Shown: piece by piece, positions 13,901 to 25,549 of the stretch
Position numbering within the stretch: position 1 is the stretch's first letter
How the letters are laid out: every line of letters begins with the position of its first letter
Source of the DNA: Amphiscolops sp. MND2022
Taxonomy: Eukaryota
Assembly (NCBI GenBank): GCA_964187785.1
Contig: OZ076409.1
Span: 80,230,001 to 80,294,000 of the forward strand
Direction: 5' to 3'
Length of the DNA: 64,000 bases
Notes under the pieces: generated by a model
The model's database searches: none
Told to the model about the DNA's origin: nothing
The model's input: only the letters and a program-made list of their open reading frames with translations
Translations under genes and position numbers: made by a program

Positions 13901-16438
13901 CAAGCCCCATACGACGGCTAGTAGTTCTAGTTCTCCTATAGAATATTTTTTCTCGGCATCATTTAGGTAGCGGCTGGGAAATGCTATCGGTTTTAGCTCT
14001 CCGTTACCTTGTTTTTGCCAGAATGCTATTTCCAGGCCGGTTTTGCATGCGTCGGTTGTGACGATATTTTCTTTGTTGCCGTTGTAGTGTGCCAAACAAG
14101 GTAGTGATGTTAGTTCTAGTTTTCTCTTGTTGAAATCCGAATTTCAATCGGTTGTCCATTCCCATTTCGTCCTTTTTTTGAGTAGTTGTCTCATGTTGTC
14201 TGTTTTCTCGGATAGGTTCGGTATGAATTACGCAAAATACTGTATAGCTCCGAGGAAAGATTTTAGTGTTTTGGCGTTTGTTGGTGGTTCTAGTTTGTTT
14301 ATCGCGTCGGTCTTTTCTTTGTTTGGTCTAATTCTGTCTTGTGATATCGTATGTCCGAGCCATATTGTTTCTTTTTGGTAGAATTTTGACTTTTTCTTGC
14401 TTGCTTTGTAGCCTTCATTTTCCAGTTTTGTCAGTACCGAATATAATTTTCGGGTGTGTTCTTCTTTAGTTCCGCGTGTGACAATTATGATGTCGTCTAT
14501 CCAAACTGGTGTTTGGTGGCCCAGGGTTCTATCTATTTTCTCTTGGAAAATCGTTGGTATGTCAGCGGGACCGTAGAATCCTTTTAAGAATCGGTAGTAT
14601 CCATTTATTTTCTCTCCTGTCATCGTAAAGTTGCAATGTTTGCTTGTCTCGGGAGCCAGTTTCATTTGTCCGTATGCGTAGTCAAGATCTACTACGGATA
14701 TCCAAATTGGGTCACGGTCATTCTTGGATAGTTCGGCTGATGTTTGGTTTAGTAGTTCTTCCATATTTGGCATATGTGGCCTTTTCTTTACACAGCTGTC
14801 GTTTAGTTTTCGGGCGTCTAGCGCGATTTTTACTGTCTTGTCTTTCTTTACCGTAATTACTACGGGTGATACAAAACAATCTTTTTCGATTGTTTCTAGT
14901 CGTTCGAGATGTCCGGATTTTATCAGTCGGTCCAGTTCGTTTTTTACGTCTTTTTGTAAATGGTACGGTATCGGTCTGGCTTTCTGCTGGATGGGGTAAC
15001 ATCCTGGCTTTATTTGGATTTTCACTTCTATATTTTTGATTGTGTGGTTTGTTTCGAATAGTTTGTTGAATTTCGCGTAGATAGTTTCTGATTGGTTGGT
15101 TGATTCGTCCAATTGAATTTTGGTAATGGTGATTGGTAATTGTTTCAGCCAGTTCACGCCTAATAGTGGAGTGATGTCGTTTCTTTTTGTATTTAAGATT
15201 GGTAATTTTGTTGTCTTCCCGTTATATTCGATATCGGCCCATATTTTCCCGAGGAATTTGATTTCATTTTTGTTTACGTCTTGATATCTTTCTTTCAGGG
15301 GTTTTATATCTCTTTGGTTGTAGAGTTCTGGGTTGTTTGGCATTATTGTAACTGGAGAACCGGTATCAATGGTGAAACTTTGATATTTGCCGTTAATTTT
15401 TAGTTTGATCCCGTAGTTGTCGTTTTCATCCGGTAGTACTCTATTGATTTGCGTGATTTGTTGTATTTCTTCTGGTTCGCTTTCTTCTTCTTCGGTGTAT
15501 GTTTCTTCCAGGTGGTTAATTTTTTGTTTTCTTGTGTTCTTATTGGTTTTGCTACGGCAAACTCTTGCGAAGTGTCCCATTTTGTGACAATTGTTGCATT
15601 CTGCCATTTTTGCCGGGCATTTGTGCGATGGTGACCAGTTTTGCTGTCCGCAGAAACCGCAATTATTGTTTTTTGCTGTTATTTCGGTATTTTTCCGGTG
15701 GTTTCGTGGTTGTATTTTCTGTATGGGTTCTTCTTCTATTTCTTTCTCTTTCGCCAGTGCTGGTGGTATTGTTGATTGCTTATGTCTCTTTTCATAACTG
15801 TCTTGGGTTACCAGGTCCATGGTAGTTTTCAGATTCAGGGTTTTTTCGCGGATAAGTTTTTCCCGTAGTTTTTTATCGGTGATGCTGGTGATAAATTTTG
15901 ATATTAGTAGGTCTTCTTGTTTCATATCTTTGAATTCGCAGTTCTTTTCGAGGAATACTAATTTTCGCCAGTGTTCTTCCGGGGTTTCATTATCTTCTTG
16001 TTTTGCCCAGAAGAAATCTCCTTGGCTGTGGTAGGTGTTTCGCTTCGGCATGTAGTAATCCTTGAATAGTTGGATGAGTCTTTCTGTTTTGATGGTGTCA
16101 GGGTCTGTGTTAAATTCTCCTTTGGTGATCGTCTCTATTGCCGATGGTCCTGCTCCCCAGATGAAATCTTGACTTATTTCCGGTTCTTTTGCTGTCCATT
16201 CGTTACTTGTTGGCATTGTTTCCCCGGATAAAGCCGGTTTTATATCGATATCATGGATTCGTTTTATGTAGTGCCGTAGTCGTTCGGTCCATTCTCTGGG
16301 GGTGTATAATTTTTTTCCATCAAGTCCGGTATCCTCGAGGTATGGTAGCAATATATTACTCTTGGTTGTCGTCATTGGTATTTGGTCGGTTAAAATTGAA
16401 TTATTTACGGATAAAAGTAAATCTTGCCACTGCGCCAT
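10883..16438 (-). pseudogene. Single-frame gag-pol polyprotein with 3 in-frame stops
   Basis: Two Zn knuckles (CGFC..H.C; CNNCHKMGHFARVC), protease IDTGS, RT (DLDYAYGQ, WIDD), RNase H (TDAC, ELELLAV, SDH) and integrase (HFGH..CSAC, IDF, SDKG, LVER). ORFs 14228-16438, 13778-14095 and 10883-13768 share one frame. Stops lie at 14228-14230, 14144-14146 and 13778-13780. Confidence 0.95.
16423..16437 (-). promoter_or_regulatory. Primer-binding site, probably tRNA-Ser
   Basis: TGGCGCAGTGGCAAG directly follows the 5' LTR. TGGCGCAGT is complementary to the ...ACTGCG-CCA end of some tRNA-Ser species; the tRNA identity is inferred. Confidence 0.7.
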
Positions 16439-16676
16439 GTTGTATTCTCGGTCTAGTACGGTAAAAAGGCTCTTTATCTAAGACGATAAATTCGTATCTT
16501 CTTCAGTAACTAATCTATGATATCAATCTCAAGTACAATGGTCAATGATCTATCGTACAACACAAAATGCAGTAAACTCAAATTGACAGTAATTAGAGTT
16601 TTATGTTTAACAACAATAGTATGCTCTCTGTCTAGGTTCATAGTTTTGAAGGTCATGATATCTGCATGATATCACA
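16438..16676 (-). repeat. 5' LTR of the Gypsy element
   Basis: Direct repeat of 10714-10952, followed on the minus strand by the PBS. Confidence 0.97.
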
Positions 16677-16731
16677 GCTCTCTGTCTCTTTTAAGTGGAA
16701 TTATTTTCAGTCAAAGAAATCGAAAAGGAAA

Positions 16732-17589
16732 TTTTGATAATACCAAACGACGACTGCTTTCACCTTTTTGTGTAATCATTAGAAGTGACATCTGACGCTC
16801 TGAAAACAGTGTACAAACTATATTTCATCTAAAAAAACATTTGAAACATTTTTCCAACATTAAAGATGCTACTCTATAACTTTTTATAAATTTCCTTTTT
16901 AAAGAGATCGAAAATCAAAGACAATTTTTGAATACTAATTCAACCTTTTTCTTATTATTCAATACAAAAAGAGTCATTCAAAGCTAAAAAGTAATTTCTA
17001 CAAAGATTAGATTCCATCATTTTTGAGAACCATGAAAGACGAAATCGCTATCCTTACTTCTCTTTTAGAAACGCTAAAAAGAATTATGGCATCTTGTATT
17101 GTCCTGGATTTTTTGTTAATATTCATTTATGACTGTCGTCTTCTCTTTGAATTCTCGAATTCGCTTTCATGTCCCCAAATTACATTATAGATTCAGCAGA
17201 AACGATCGAAAAGGAGAAACACTTTGATATCGCAGCTGAGTCGTATTGGTGACTAAATTTAATTAAAACGTCCGAAACATCCATTCTAAGCTTTTGGGTC
17301 GAAAAATAAAAATTAAACAGGGATAATCCGTATTCTTTTTACGAGGTTTTTATGGCTACGATGATCCAATTGTTCTATGTAGCCCTTTTGTTCGAAAGCA
17401 CACATCAAAAAGTAACTTGCTTTTGATAATACCAAACGACGACTGCTTTCACCTTTTTGTGTAATCATTAGAAGTGACATCTGACGCTCTAAAAACAGTG
17501 TACAAACTATATTTCATCTAAAAAAAACATTTGAAAAATTTTTCCAACATTAAAGATGCTACTCTATAACTTTTTATAAATTTCCTTTT
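16732..17589 (+). repeat. Near-identical ~168-bp direct repeat (16732-16899 and 17421-17589)
   Basis: TTTTGATAATACCAAACGACGACTGC...TTTTTATAAATTTCCTTTT occurs twice with about 3 differences. Confidence 0.9.
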
Positions 17590-17659
17590 CCACGTTTTAC
17601 ACAAAAAAACGTTTAATAAACTGGGCTCTCATTCGAAAACACCTCTTTTGAGAGATTAA

Positions 17660-17913
17660 AAAATTGCGAAAAAAGTGTCTAAAAGCCGAAATAACATGCA
17701 CAAAAAATTTTGGTCAAGGGGGAGACTCGAACCCACGCCCTTCTGTTTGGCAGACCTCAAAAAATCCTAATTAACCTCTAGGCCAAGTGGTAGTAGAAGT
17801 TACATTAAAGTGGCAGTTGGTGGAAGCCTGCTTATAAAATTTGTCACTTCGTTGGTCTTTAAAAAAGTCACTGCTATAGTCAGCGTTTTTCTACAAAAAG
17901 CGCCGACTAAAAA
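17660..17913 (-). mobile_element. Partial copy of the Helentron/DINE-1-like repeat family
   Basis: Shares GACTCGAACCC, GGCCAAGTGG and the terminal AAAAGCGCCGACTAAAA with 43026-43614. Confidence 0.7.
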
Positions 17914-20479
17914 AGATCAAAAAAGATTGCACCTATATTGGTCGAGCATTGACATTCACTTTTTTGAAAATGAGAAAGCGATCAGCTGTTTTGCGAACAA
18001 AATGCTTCAAAAATTCCACATGCACGTTTCAGAATTATGAACCTATAATAATGAAAATTGCCTGGAAATAATTGAAAACATATTCAGTATGTTTCAAAAC
18101 CTCGGTAAATGTCTTTAATAATGTCGTAAAATAATGGCTGATGAAAGAACTTCACTAGTTTTTGCACTTACAACTTTTTTGATATTAATTTAAACCAACT
18201 CCAAACTATCCCATGAATCTCCCAACACATCTCTAACAAGTTTCTGACTTGGCATTTCGAAACCAGAAATACACTGCAAAAACTCAACTAGTGAAAATAG
18301 TTTTGTAGTAGATATGTGATAGACATATTTGTAAACAGTGAATGAAATACCTGTCAAAAGTCCAACTTGAGAGTCTCTTTAAGAGATCATTCGCTTGAGT
18401 GCCTAGATCAAAAACAGTACAGCAAAAACATCATTCCATTCATTCATTCCATTCATCAAAACATTATCTATTCTCTCAGTCTTTTCAGTCCGGTCATTAA
18501 GCTGCACTTTAACATGCGCTGCGAGCACAAAATGACAATTCTTCCTTGACATTAAAGTCAACCTTGCTTTCACATCTTGTGGGCTTACCGGTGTTTTCGC
18601 ACGATGCAAATTCCAACCCCACAATGGACTGGGACAAATAGCTGGATCGCTATGACAAGGGACAAAGGCTGGATCGCTTTTTAAAGGGGCTATAACGGCC
18701 AAATATTCGATATCCATTACGGAGCTAACTCGGGATGTGACTCAGCAGGTCACGAGCATTGTTGGGGGATCTGGATGAAGACCCTGTTAACAAGACTTTA
18801 ATCTTCGAAGCTGCAAAAATTTAACTGTTTTGGTCCTCGAGTAATTTTTAAAAGTTGCTTTGTTCAGGAACCCTACTTTCTCAGCAAAGTTTGGGTTTGG
18901 GTTTTACCGTATTAGTGGTTCTTCGATATCAAAGGTTCTTCGATATTGCAAATACTTGAAGGGGTGTTTTGCTTCGCAAATGAAATCTTTCAAAGGATGA
19001 AGCGTTGTAAAAACTGCAGGAATATATATTTTTTACAAAATTGACAGAAAGCTGCATCAAGTTGATTGGTATACAATGTTCTGAGAAGCCATTTGGGTTT
19101 TCGATTCTAAAAAGTTTTTCGCTGACTATTGTATAGGGTGGGACAACTTAGGGTTGACACTAGTTTGCAATATATTTTTTGTAAAGAAATATTTTTTTGC
19201 AAAACTAGTTCAAACCAAAAAGTTGAATACAGTCCAACTTTTTGTCGCCTGTTTTATTGTGCTTCTGTTTGCTCATGGGCCGTCATATTCAAAAGTAAAG
19301 GCTGTTTCTAGCTTGACAAATTTGTTCTCTATATAAAATCAATGTCGTGGTCAAATTAGCATTCTTTAGATCTTTCATCACCAATAAAAATTTTCGGTAA
19401 AAAAGATTCAACTGGAATTCCCCGTTCTATTAACTACTTATTATAATTTTTGATTATAGTTAGCTGCTTGAATTCAGAAAATTAGGTATAAATCAGGAAG
19501 GAATAAATTTTCCAGTTTTATGAAGTCTAGGCATCCCTCGATTATTAATATTCTCATCGATACAAAATGTTTTCTGTGTAACTAATTACTTTAACATGCA
19601 TATAACAATTTGAGCGAAATAAGATGAAATGTAAGCATGCCGTACCATTTGGAAAAGCTTACATTGTGATTAGAAGAACAAGTGACGCGTTGAAACGCTC
19701 GTAAAATAATTGGTTTCTTTCAAGTTTTTTGTTTTTTCACCCACTCGCAAGTTGAGCTGAATCAATTAGCCATTAGATTAAACGCAATTCAGATACTCGT
19801 TTTTGTCTGATCAAAAAAGATCATAACAACTTGCGGCTAGATGAAAGCCCCACCAAATTGTTTATTTTACACTCCAGTCAAGGAGCGGTTCTCAATTTTA
19901 AAGCTTAGAAGTGCTTTTCTTAACTGCATACAGCTTGAAAAATCTGGTGAGTCCAAAGCATCTTTTCTACATTGGAATCTGAAATGGCACCAATGCCAGA
20001 CCATAAACCGACAAACTTACTAACAAGGCTGTAAAACTTGAAATTCAACCTTTCAGGACAATGACACCGGATACAATGTCTTCGGAACTAAAGAACACTA
20101 AAAATCAAAATAATTCAATTTCGACTCATTATTAATATTTCTGTGTGAGCTTTTAAATGTTATGGAAGTCGTAAATGTGATCTTTTTTGTACCCAGACAA
20201 ATTTGTCGACACTTTCTGTTCGCCAATTCAGTAGCATTGAGGCAGCGTTACTCCAAGTCTTTAGCTAGTTTAATTTATAATTTGAGGACAAAGGAAAGTT
20301 GATTTCTCAAGTTGAATGCAAGTAAAACTTTCCAATTTCATACCTAGAAAAAGCTGAATTTAAACTAAAACTTTAAACTCTAGTTACTTTGTATTTTAAT
20401 ATATTCTCCTATATTGTGTGAGGAAAAGTATTTTGTTCGAACAAAGTGTTCATTTGTACACTTCTGGGACTGTATTTAC

Positions 20480-20570
20480 ATACATCAATAATAACACCAA
20501 ACTTTGAAGGTAACTCTTCCTGAATGGATTTTTCTAAACGTCTAGTAACTAAATCCAAAGAAATCGCTAT
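20480..20570 (-). pseudogene. Possible hAT-like transposase fragment
   Basis: LDLVTRRLEKSIQEELPSKFGVIID resembles the segment before the first catalytic Asp (..LPxKFxLxxDGW) of some hAT transposases. The match is very short. Confidence 0.3.
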
Positions 20571-21845
20571 GCAGAGTTGATTTATGTATACGATCCGCAA
20601 TAAGTGGCGGGATATTTTTGAATTTGGATGCCAATTTAGGCTGAAAAGTCTAAATTGGGCGAAATAAAAGCTCTATTAGGCGCAGACAACATTTTATTCA
20701 AATTTTGATTTATTGGACTGTATAAATGGGAGGCGGAAATTTCGTCGTATTGATTAGAAATAACAGCGTTCACGAAAAGATATCATTTGATTTATTCAAT
20801 TATTTAATTAATAAAATGAGATCTTAAGACCAAGTTTCATTTTGACACAAAATATGAATCAAAAAGTTAATTACAATCAGTTCAACTCATCAAGATTCGT
20901 ATTGAGCAATGGTATATTTTCAGTCCTACCAGTGGAACTACCCACCGGGGCTTTAAACCTGTTCCAGGGGAATTTTTGCTTTAGGTGTCGGAAAAACTTC
21001 GTGTTGGGGGATAAGAAACAACTTCCCGTACTGACGAAGCAATTTTTGAGGCCCTTATTCGTATCCATAAAGGACTCACTTTTCGTAAGTATGCTCTTGT
21101 CTGCCTCGTTTCCAGTTTCAGACAGGTCTATCAAAGAAGCAGTTATTTCAGAAATCTGTTTCCAGCTTTGGATGCGGTAAAGTCTGTAGACTCGGAGAAT
21201 GTAAGTTGTGGAGCTAAAAATGCCGAATCCTAATCAAACGAGAGTGGCTCTGGCCTTCAATTTTGCCAGTGCTTTGACTGCTGCAGCAGATGATTTTTCG
21301 TGTATAGTTGCAAGACAGTTTTTTAGGGGATTCCAATGATCTTGAAACCGAGTGGACCAATTTTGGAAAGGTACCTTTTAGCTCAACGTCGGTGGCTAAA
21401 CTGTCTTGTTTATGAACTCAAACGCAAACCAGCTCCAATCCACGCACTTGAAAAATCGCGAACAAATGTATCCTCAGTGCGCTGGCGTGAAAACGGGTTT
21501 CAGCTCGAGAGTTGGTTGTCGTGCTCGCTAGAACATAAGAGATTTTTTGTGTTTTTTTACTATGACAGGGTTTTGAAAACAGTAACAGTTTCACTTTTTT
21601 TGAGCGAGACGGTTTTTGGCGGTTCCAGATGGGCATAGCGACAACTCATATCAAGCGACAACTCATATCAGGCGACAACTCATATCAAATTGAGAAAGCG
21701 ACAACTCATCAGGCGACAACTCATATCAAGCGACAACTCATATCAGGCGACAACTCATATCAAATTGAGAAATGAATGAATGAATGAATAAGTGAATTAA
21801 TCATTTGTTGCCAAGAAGCGTACAAATTACAAAATGGTTTGGTTT

Positions 21846-24800
21846 TTACATGTCAAATTTAGCACAACAGATGGTACGATTAGATTCGCACAAGGAGGCG
21901 AGGTTTCTTAGTTGAGTATTATTAGTGGAGTTCATCAGCTGGTCAAATTTTATGACATTCGGATACTCATACAAAAATTCCGGCAGAAGCTCTTCTCTCT
22001 TTTCGCTAAATTCATTACAGGTTAACACCAGATGATCTTCATCTGGGTTACATTTCAAACCACAAAAAGGGCAGACAAGGCTGGTTTCATTTGCTATTTT
22101 GTTACGCACATTGGGTAAAAAAGATGGGGCACACCTGAACGTAGATAGCTGTGTCCTCTCGCGTAGTTTTAAACAATGCAAATAACTCTCCAACTTCAGC
22201 TGATGTTTGAAAGTGCTATAGGTCTCACATAAAGAACTTGTTCGTATCTTTACAACCCAAGATTGAATTGCAAGGTCTTGGCAGCAACGTTTGACAAAAT
22301 TGCGAAATTCACCATCGTTTATGAAGTTAGCGTACTCATTTGCTCGTGGTATGGCACAATTAGAATGTTTTTTATCGAGATCAGCCATTTATTCTCGAAA
22401 TTATTTTCGACAATTGCTCCAATGGTCATATTGGAGTAATTACCGTTCTCTCTCGCGATGCTTTTCCAAAAATTGGCCATTCTTTGCCATATCATGTATC
22501 TTAATTCGTAACGTCCTAGTTCTCCATACACCATTGCATTTAGTGTGCTTTTCCGTACCTGGAGAATGTTCCTTAATTATTTGCGATGGAAGACCTCAAT
22601 TTGTTCGACATTTTCAAAACCCCATAGTTCACAACAATATAATTAAATAGGGAGGATCAGCGTATCAAAGAGATGTATCCTCGTTTTAACTTCAAGGTCA
22701 TCTTCGTTCAGTAAAACACTGATTTTAAACACTGCTTTTCTTGCTTTGTCGATATTGTGTTTAATCGCATTTTGGAAGGTATTATTATACCTAAATACAA
22801 TGCCTAGGTAACAAAAGCTGTCGACCCGTTCGATAGGGGTGTCATAAATTGTTATATCATCAATTTTCCTCAACTTCCATCGAGAAAAAATCAAGTACTT
22901 AGATTTTTCTATAATCAATGACATCTTGTTTGTTTCACAATACCTGACTGTTGCATCAAGCGCTTTCTGCATATCTCCTGCACTTTCAGTGAAGAGTACA
23001 GTATTATCGGCGTACAGTAGTACAAACATTTGCAGTAAGGTCCTTGTTTCTTCCTGGTCATTTATATCGAAATGTCTTAAAGTACTCTAATTTGCGCCAG
23101 CAAACTGGTTTCTTATATAATTCTTAAAGTCATTCAGGAAAATAATGAAGAGCAGCGGTGACAGTGAGTCACCCTGTCTCACCCAGATCCCACAGTCAAA
23201 TACATCTGTGAAAACCCCCTTCACTCTAACACACGCCTTCGTTTTTCGTATAGGTTTCTGATCACTCGAAGCACATTGCCATTAACGTCAATCGCAGCTA
23301 ATTTCTGCCACAATATTGAGTGGTTTACTCTATCAAAAGCTTTTTCGTAATCAATGAAAGTGACAAAAAGTCTTCGATTCTGTGCCAGGTAAAGTGAAAC
23401 AATCGAGTATAATACAAAAGCATGGTCTAAACAGCTCGAGTTCTTACGGAAGCCTGCCTGCTCTGCACCCAGGATAAGCCTACGGACCAGATCGGAAAAA
23501 ATCTGTTCTGCCAATAGAGCGGTAAACAGTTTACACAGACAGCTCGCTATAGAGATGCCTCTGTAGTTGCTCGGGTCTTTTACATTTCCTTTTTTAAAGA
23601 TGTGACAGTGGTAAGAGATAGTCCATTCGTCTGGCACAACTCCAGCTTCCAAAATTTCATTGAAAAACTCAACAAGGGTATATAAAAGCGGGTCAGGTGC
23701 ATATTTCAAAAACTCCGGGAAAATATTATCAAGACCAGCTGATTTACCACATTTCAATTTGTTTATGCATTTTTTAATTTCCTCAAAACAGAAAGGTTCA
23801 TTTAAACCCTCATTTGGGGTAGTCGATTCTGATTGAGATCCAATATCTGTTTCAGTAGTACTCATATGACTATTCAGTTTTTTAAAGTGTTCAAAGAAAG
23901 CTTCCGCGCTTGCTCCTAATGTATTTTCCGAACGTGTCATGGTTTTCAGAAGCGCCCAGTACTTTTTAGGATCTTGTACTTTTGCGTATTGAAGGTTATT
24001 ATTTAGTTTCTGATCGTGAGCTGTCTTTTTAGAGCGTAAAAACTGTCTATATATCCTGAAAGCAGATTTTCTTTCTGCTTCGTTTTCTTGCCTTTTGGCT
24101 TCCCTTACTCGTTTTCTGTATACCGATCTTTCGTATCTACAAGAATGATCGAACCAAGGTTTTTGCCTAGTTTTAATTTGTGTCCTTCGAGGCACATGAA
24201 ACTCTAGTGACCCGGACTTAACGGCACTTTCTTGAATTGCGTTCCTTAGAGTAGTGTTTAAATAGTTAATAACTTCTGCATTTGGTAGTATAGTATTGGT
24301 GGGAGCGCACACTCTAGCCAATTTTTCGAGGTCCAGTTTCTGTTGATATTTCGACCAAATATCATTTTTCCATTTTTTGAATAAATTTCTTTTACTTAGA
24401 GAGTTCGGATCATTTATGTCTTTTACAGGGTTGATTAAGTTTATTTTAACCGGGCAGTGCACGTCAGAAAGACATCGATCGAACTCCAAAACTTCAAAAT
24501 CTTGTACTAGCGGAGCGCCCGGCGAGTCTATCATGAAATAGTCGATAGTACATTTGCCATTATGTGTGATACAAGTAAATTCTCCTATTCCCTCATCTTT
24601 CCCTGTCCTACCATTGAGTATACTCATATCCGTGGTTTTACACAAATCTATCAGCATTCGTCCATTTGTATTAACTTTTTCATCGCGATTACTTCTTCTT
24701 GGAACCTCACTTACTCCTTCATCTAATTCGACATAGTCGTCGAGCTTTCCTGTACGAGCATTAAAGTCCCCCATCAGCAAAATGTGACTACTTTGTCTCT

Positions 24801-25190
24801 TGAGGCAAGCAATGTCCTCTTGGATTTCATCGAAAAGGTTCTTGTCCTAATGTCTCGAGCTCTCGCATGGTACATAGTATAGTCCTAGAGCATAATCAGT
24901 TATATCACCTCCTATTTTAAGCCAAAGACCCTTGTCGGTTTCTGTGAAATCAAAGTCCAAAGACTTCCTCACAAAAAGAACTAGACCTCGGTAACCTTTT
25001 AGTAGAAGTTTTTTTTCCGGTAAAAATTTCATGGCTTTGACATTTTTTAATTGAGAAAACATTAGAGAGCGTTTCAGTGAGTCCTACTACGTCGTGTTTA
25101 CTAATAACATCTTGGATCTCATTCAGATTTATTTTAGAAACAATTCCTCCAACATTCAAAGTAAGCACGCTGATAAATTTGTTGTGATAC
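21846..25190 (-). pseudogene. LINE ORF2 (APE endonuclease + reverse transcriptase), fragmented
   Basis: APE motifs: LTLNVGG, GLTET, MGDFNAR, IDYF, SDVHCP. RT motifs: YRGISI, EQAGFR, FIDYEKAFD, RQGDSLSPLLF, YADN (catalytic YADD mutated). Also VYGELGR and a C-terminal CPFC..DEDH..C. Broken by several stops and frameshifts. Confidence 0.92.
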
Positions 25191-25228
25191 TTGTTACACT
25201 GTTGCTTTTTTTCGTGGGTGACTGGTTG

Positions 25229-25549
25229 CTATTTATTGAAAAGTGACTTCAACTTCGACACATCCCAGCCCACCTTCGTGTTGAGTTCATCCAGAGAGTT
25301 GACAGTACCATATAACTGATCCTTTCTGAATACCAATGGACAATCCTTCGTGTTGACGACATAACCATCTTTTTTAAGAATATAGACAGCTCTGGCTCTT
25401 TCTTTCGTGAGTTGTTCTCCGATGTAGACATTATAATGATATTGCGAATGTTTCAGGTGGTGTTTAGACGCGAAGATATAATTTCTAGTGCTTCTTCTAG
25501 TAAACTTCACAATGAGGGGTCGCGGCTCGTTGGGTCTTCTACTAAGAAA
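25229..25549 (-). pseudogene. LINE ORF1 C-terminal remnant
   Basis: RPLIVKF...VYIGEQLT is typical of RRM/CTD-type ORF1 proteins. The first codons of the called ORF are read from the flanking MITE repeat. Confidence 0.75.

Larger units (their letters stand above)
10714..16676 (-). mobile_element. Full-length Ty3/Gypsy LTR retrotransposon, Mag-like
   Basis: LTRs at 10714-10952 and 16438-16676 (239 bp, TG..CA, one substitution seen). 5-bp TSD GCTCT at 10709-10713 and 16677-16681. PBS TGGCGCAGTGGCAAG; PPT AAGAGGGGGGAA. Domain order gag-PR-RT-RH-IN. Confidence 0.97.
21772..25549 (-). mobile_element. 5'-truncated non-LTR retrotransposon (APE-RT LINE, RTE-X/L2/CR1-group-like)
   Basis: ORF1 C-terminal remnant, then APE endonuclease and RT, ending in an (ATTC)n tail at ~21772-21800. 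The clade assignment is tentative. Confidence 0.9.

Noticed and set aside
10977..16464. Plus-strand ORFs of up to 253 aa inside the Gypsy element
   Set aside because: These are antisense shadows of the gag-pol frame.
18351..19015. Possible minus-strand exons with good splice signals around ORF 18403-18717
   Set aside because: All three frames are closed across the putative exon and there is no recognisable protein motif. Transcript data would be needed.
21638..21770. Short repeat array resembling CRISPR
   Set aside because: These are contiguous 17-bp units with an inverted counterpart at 25910-25958, i.e. transposon subterminal repeats.
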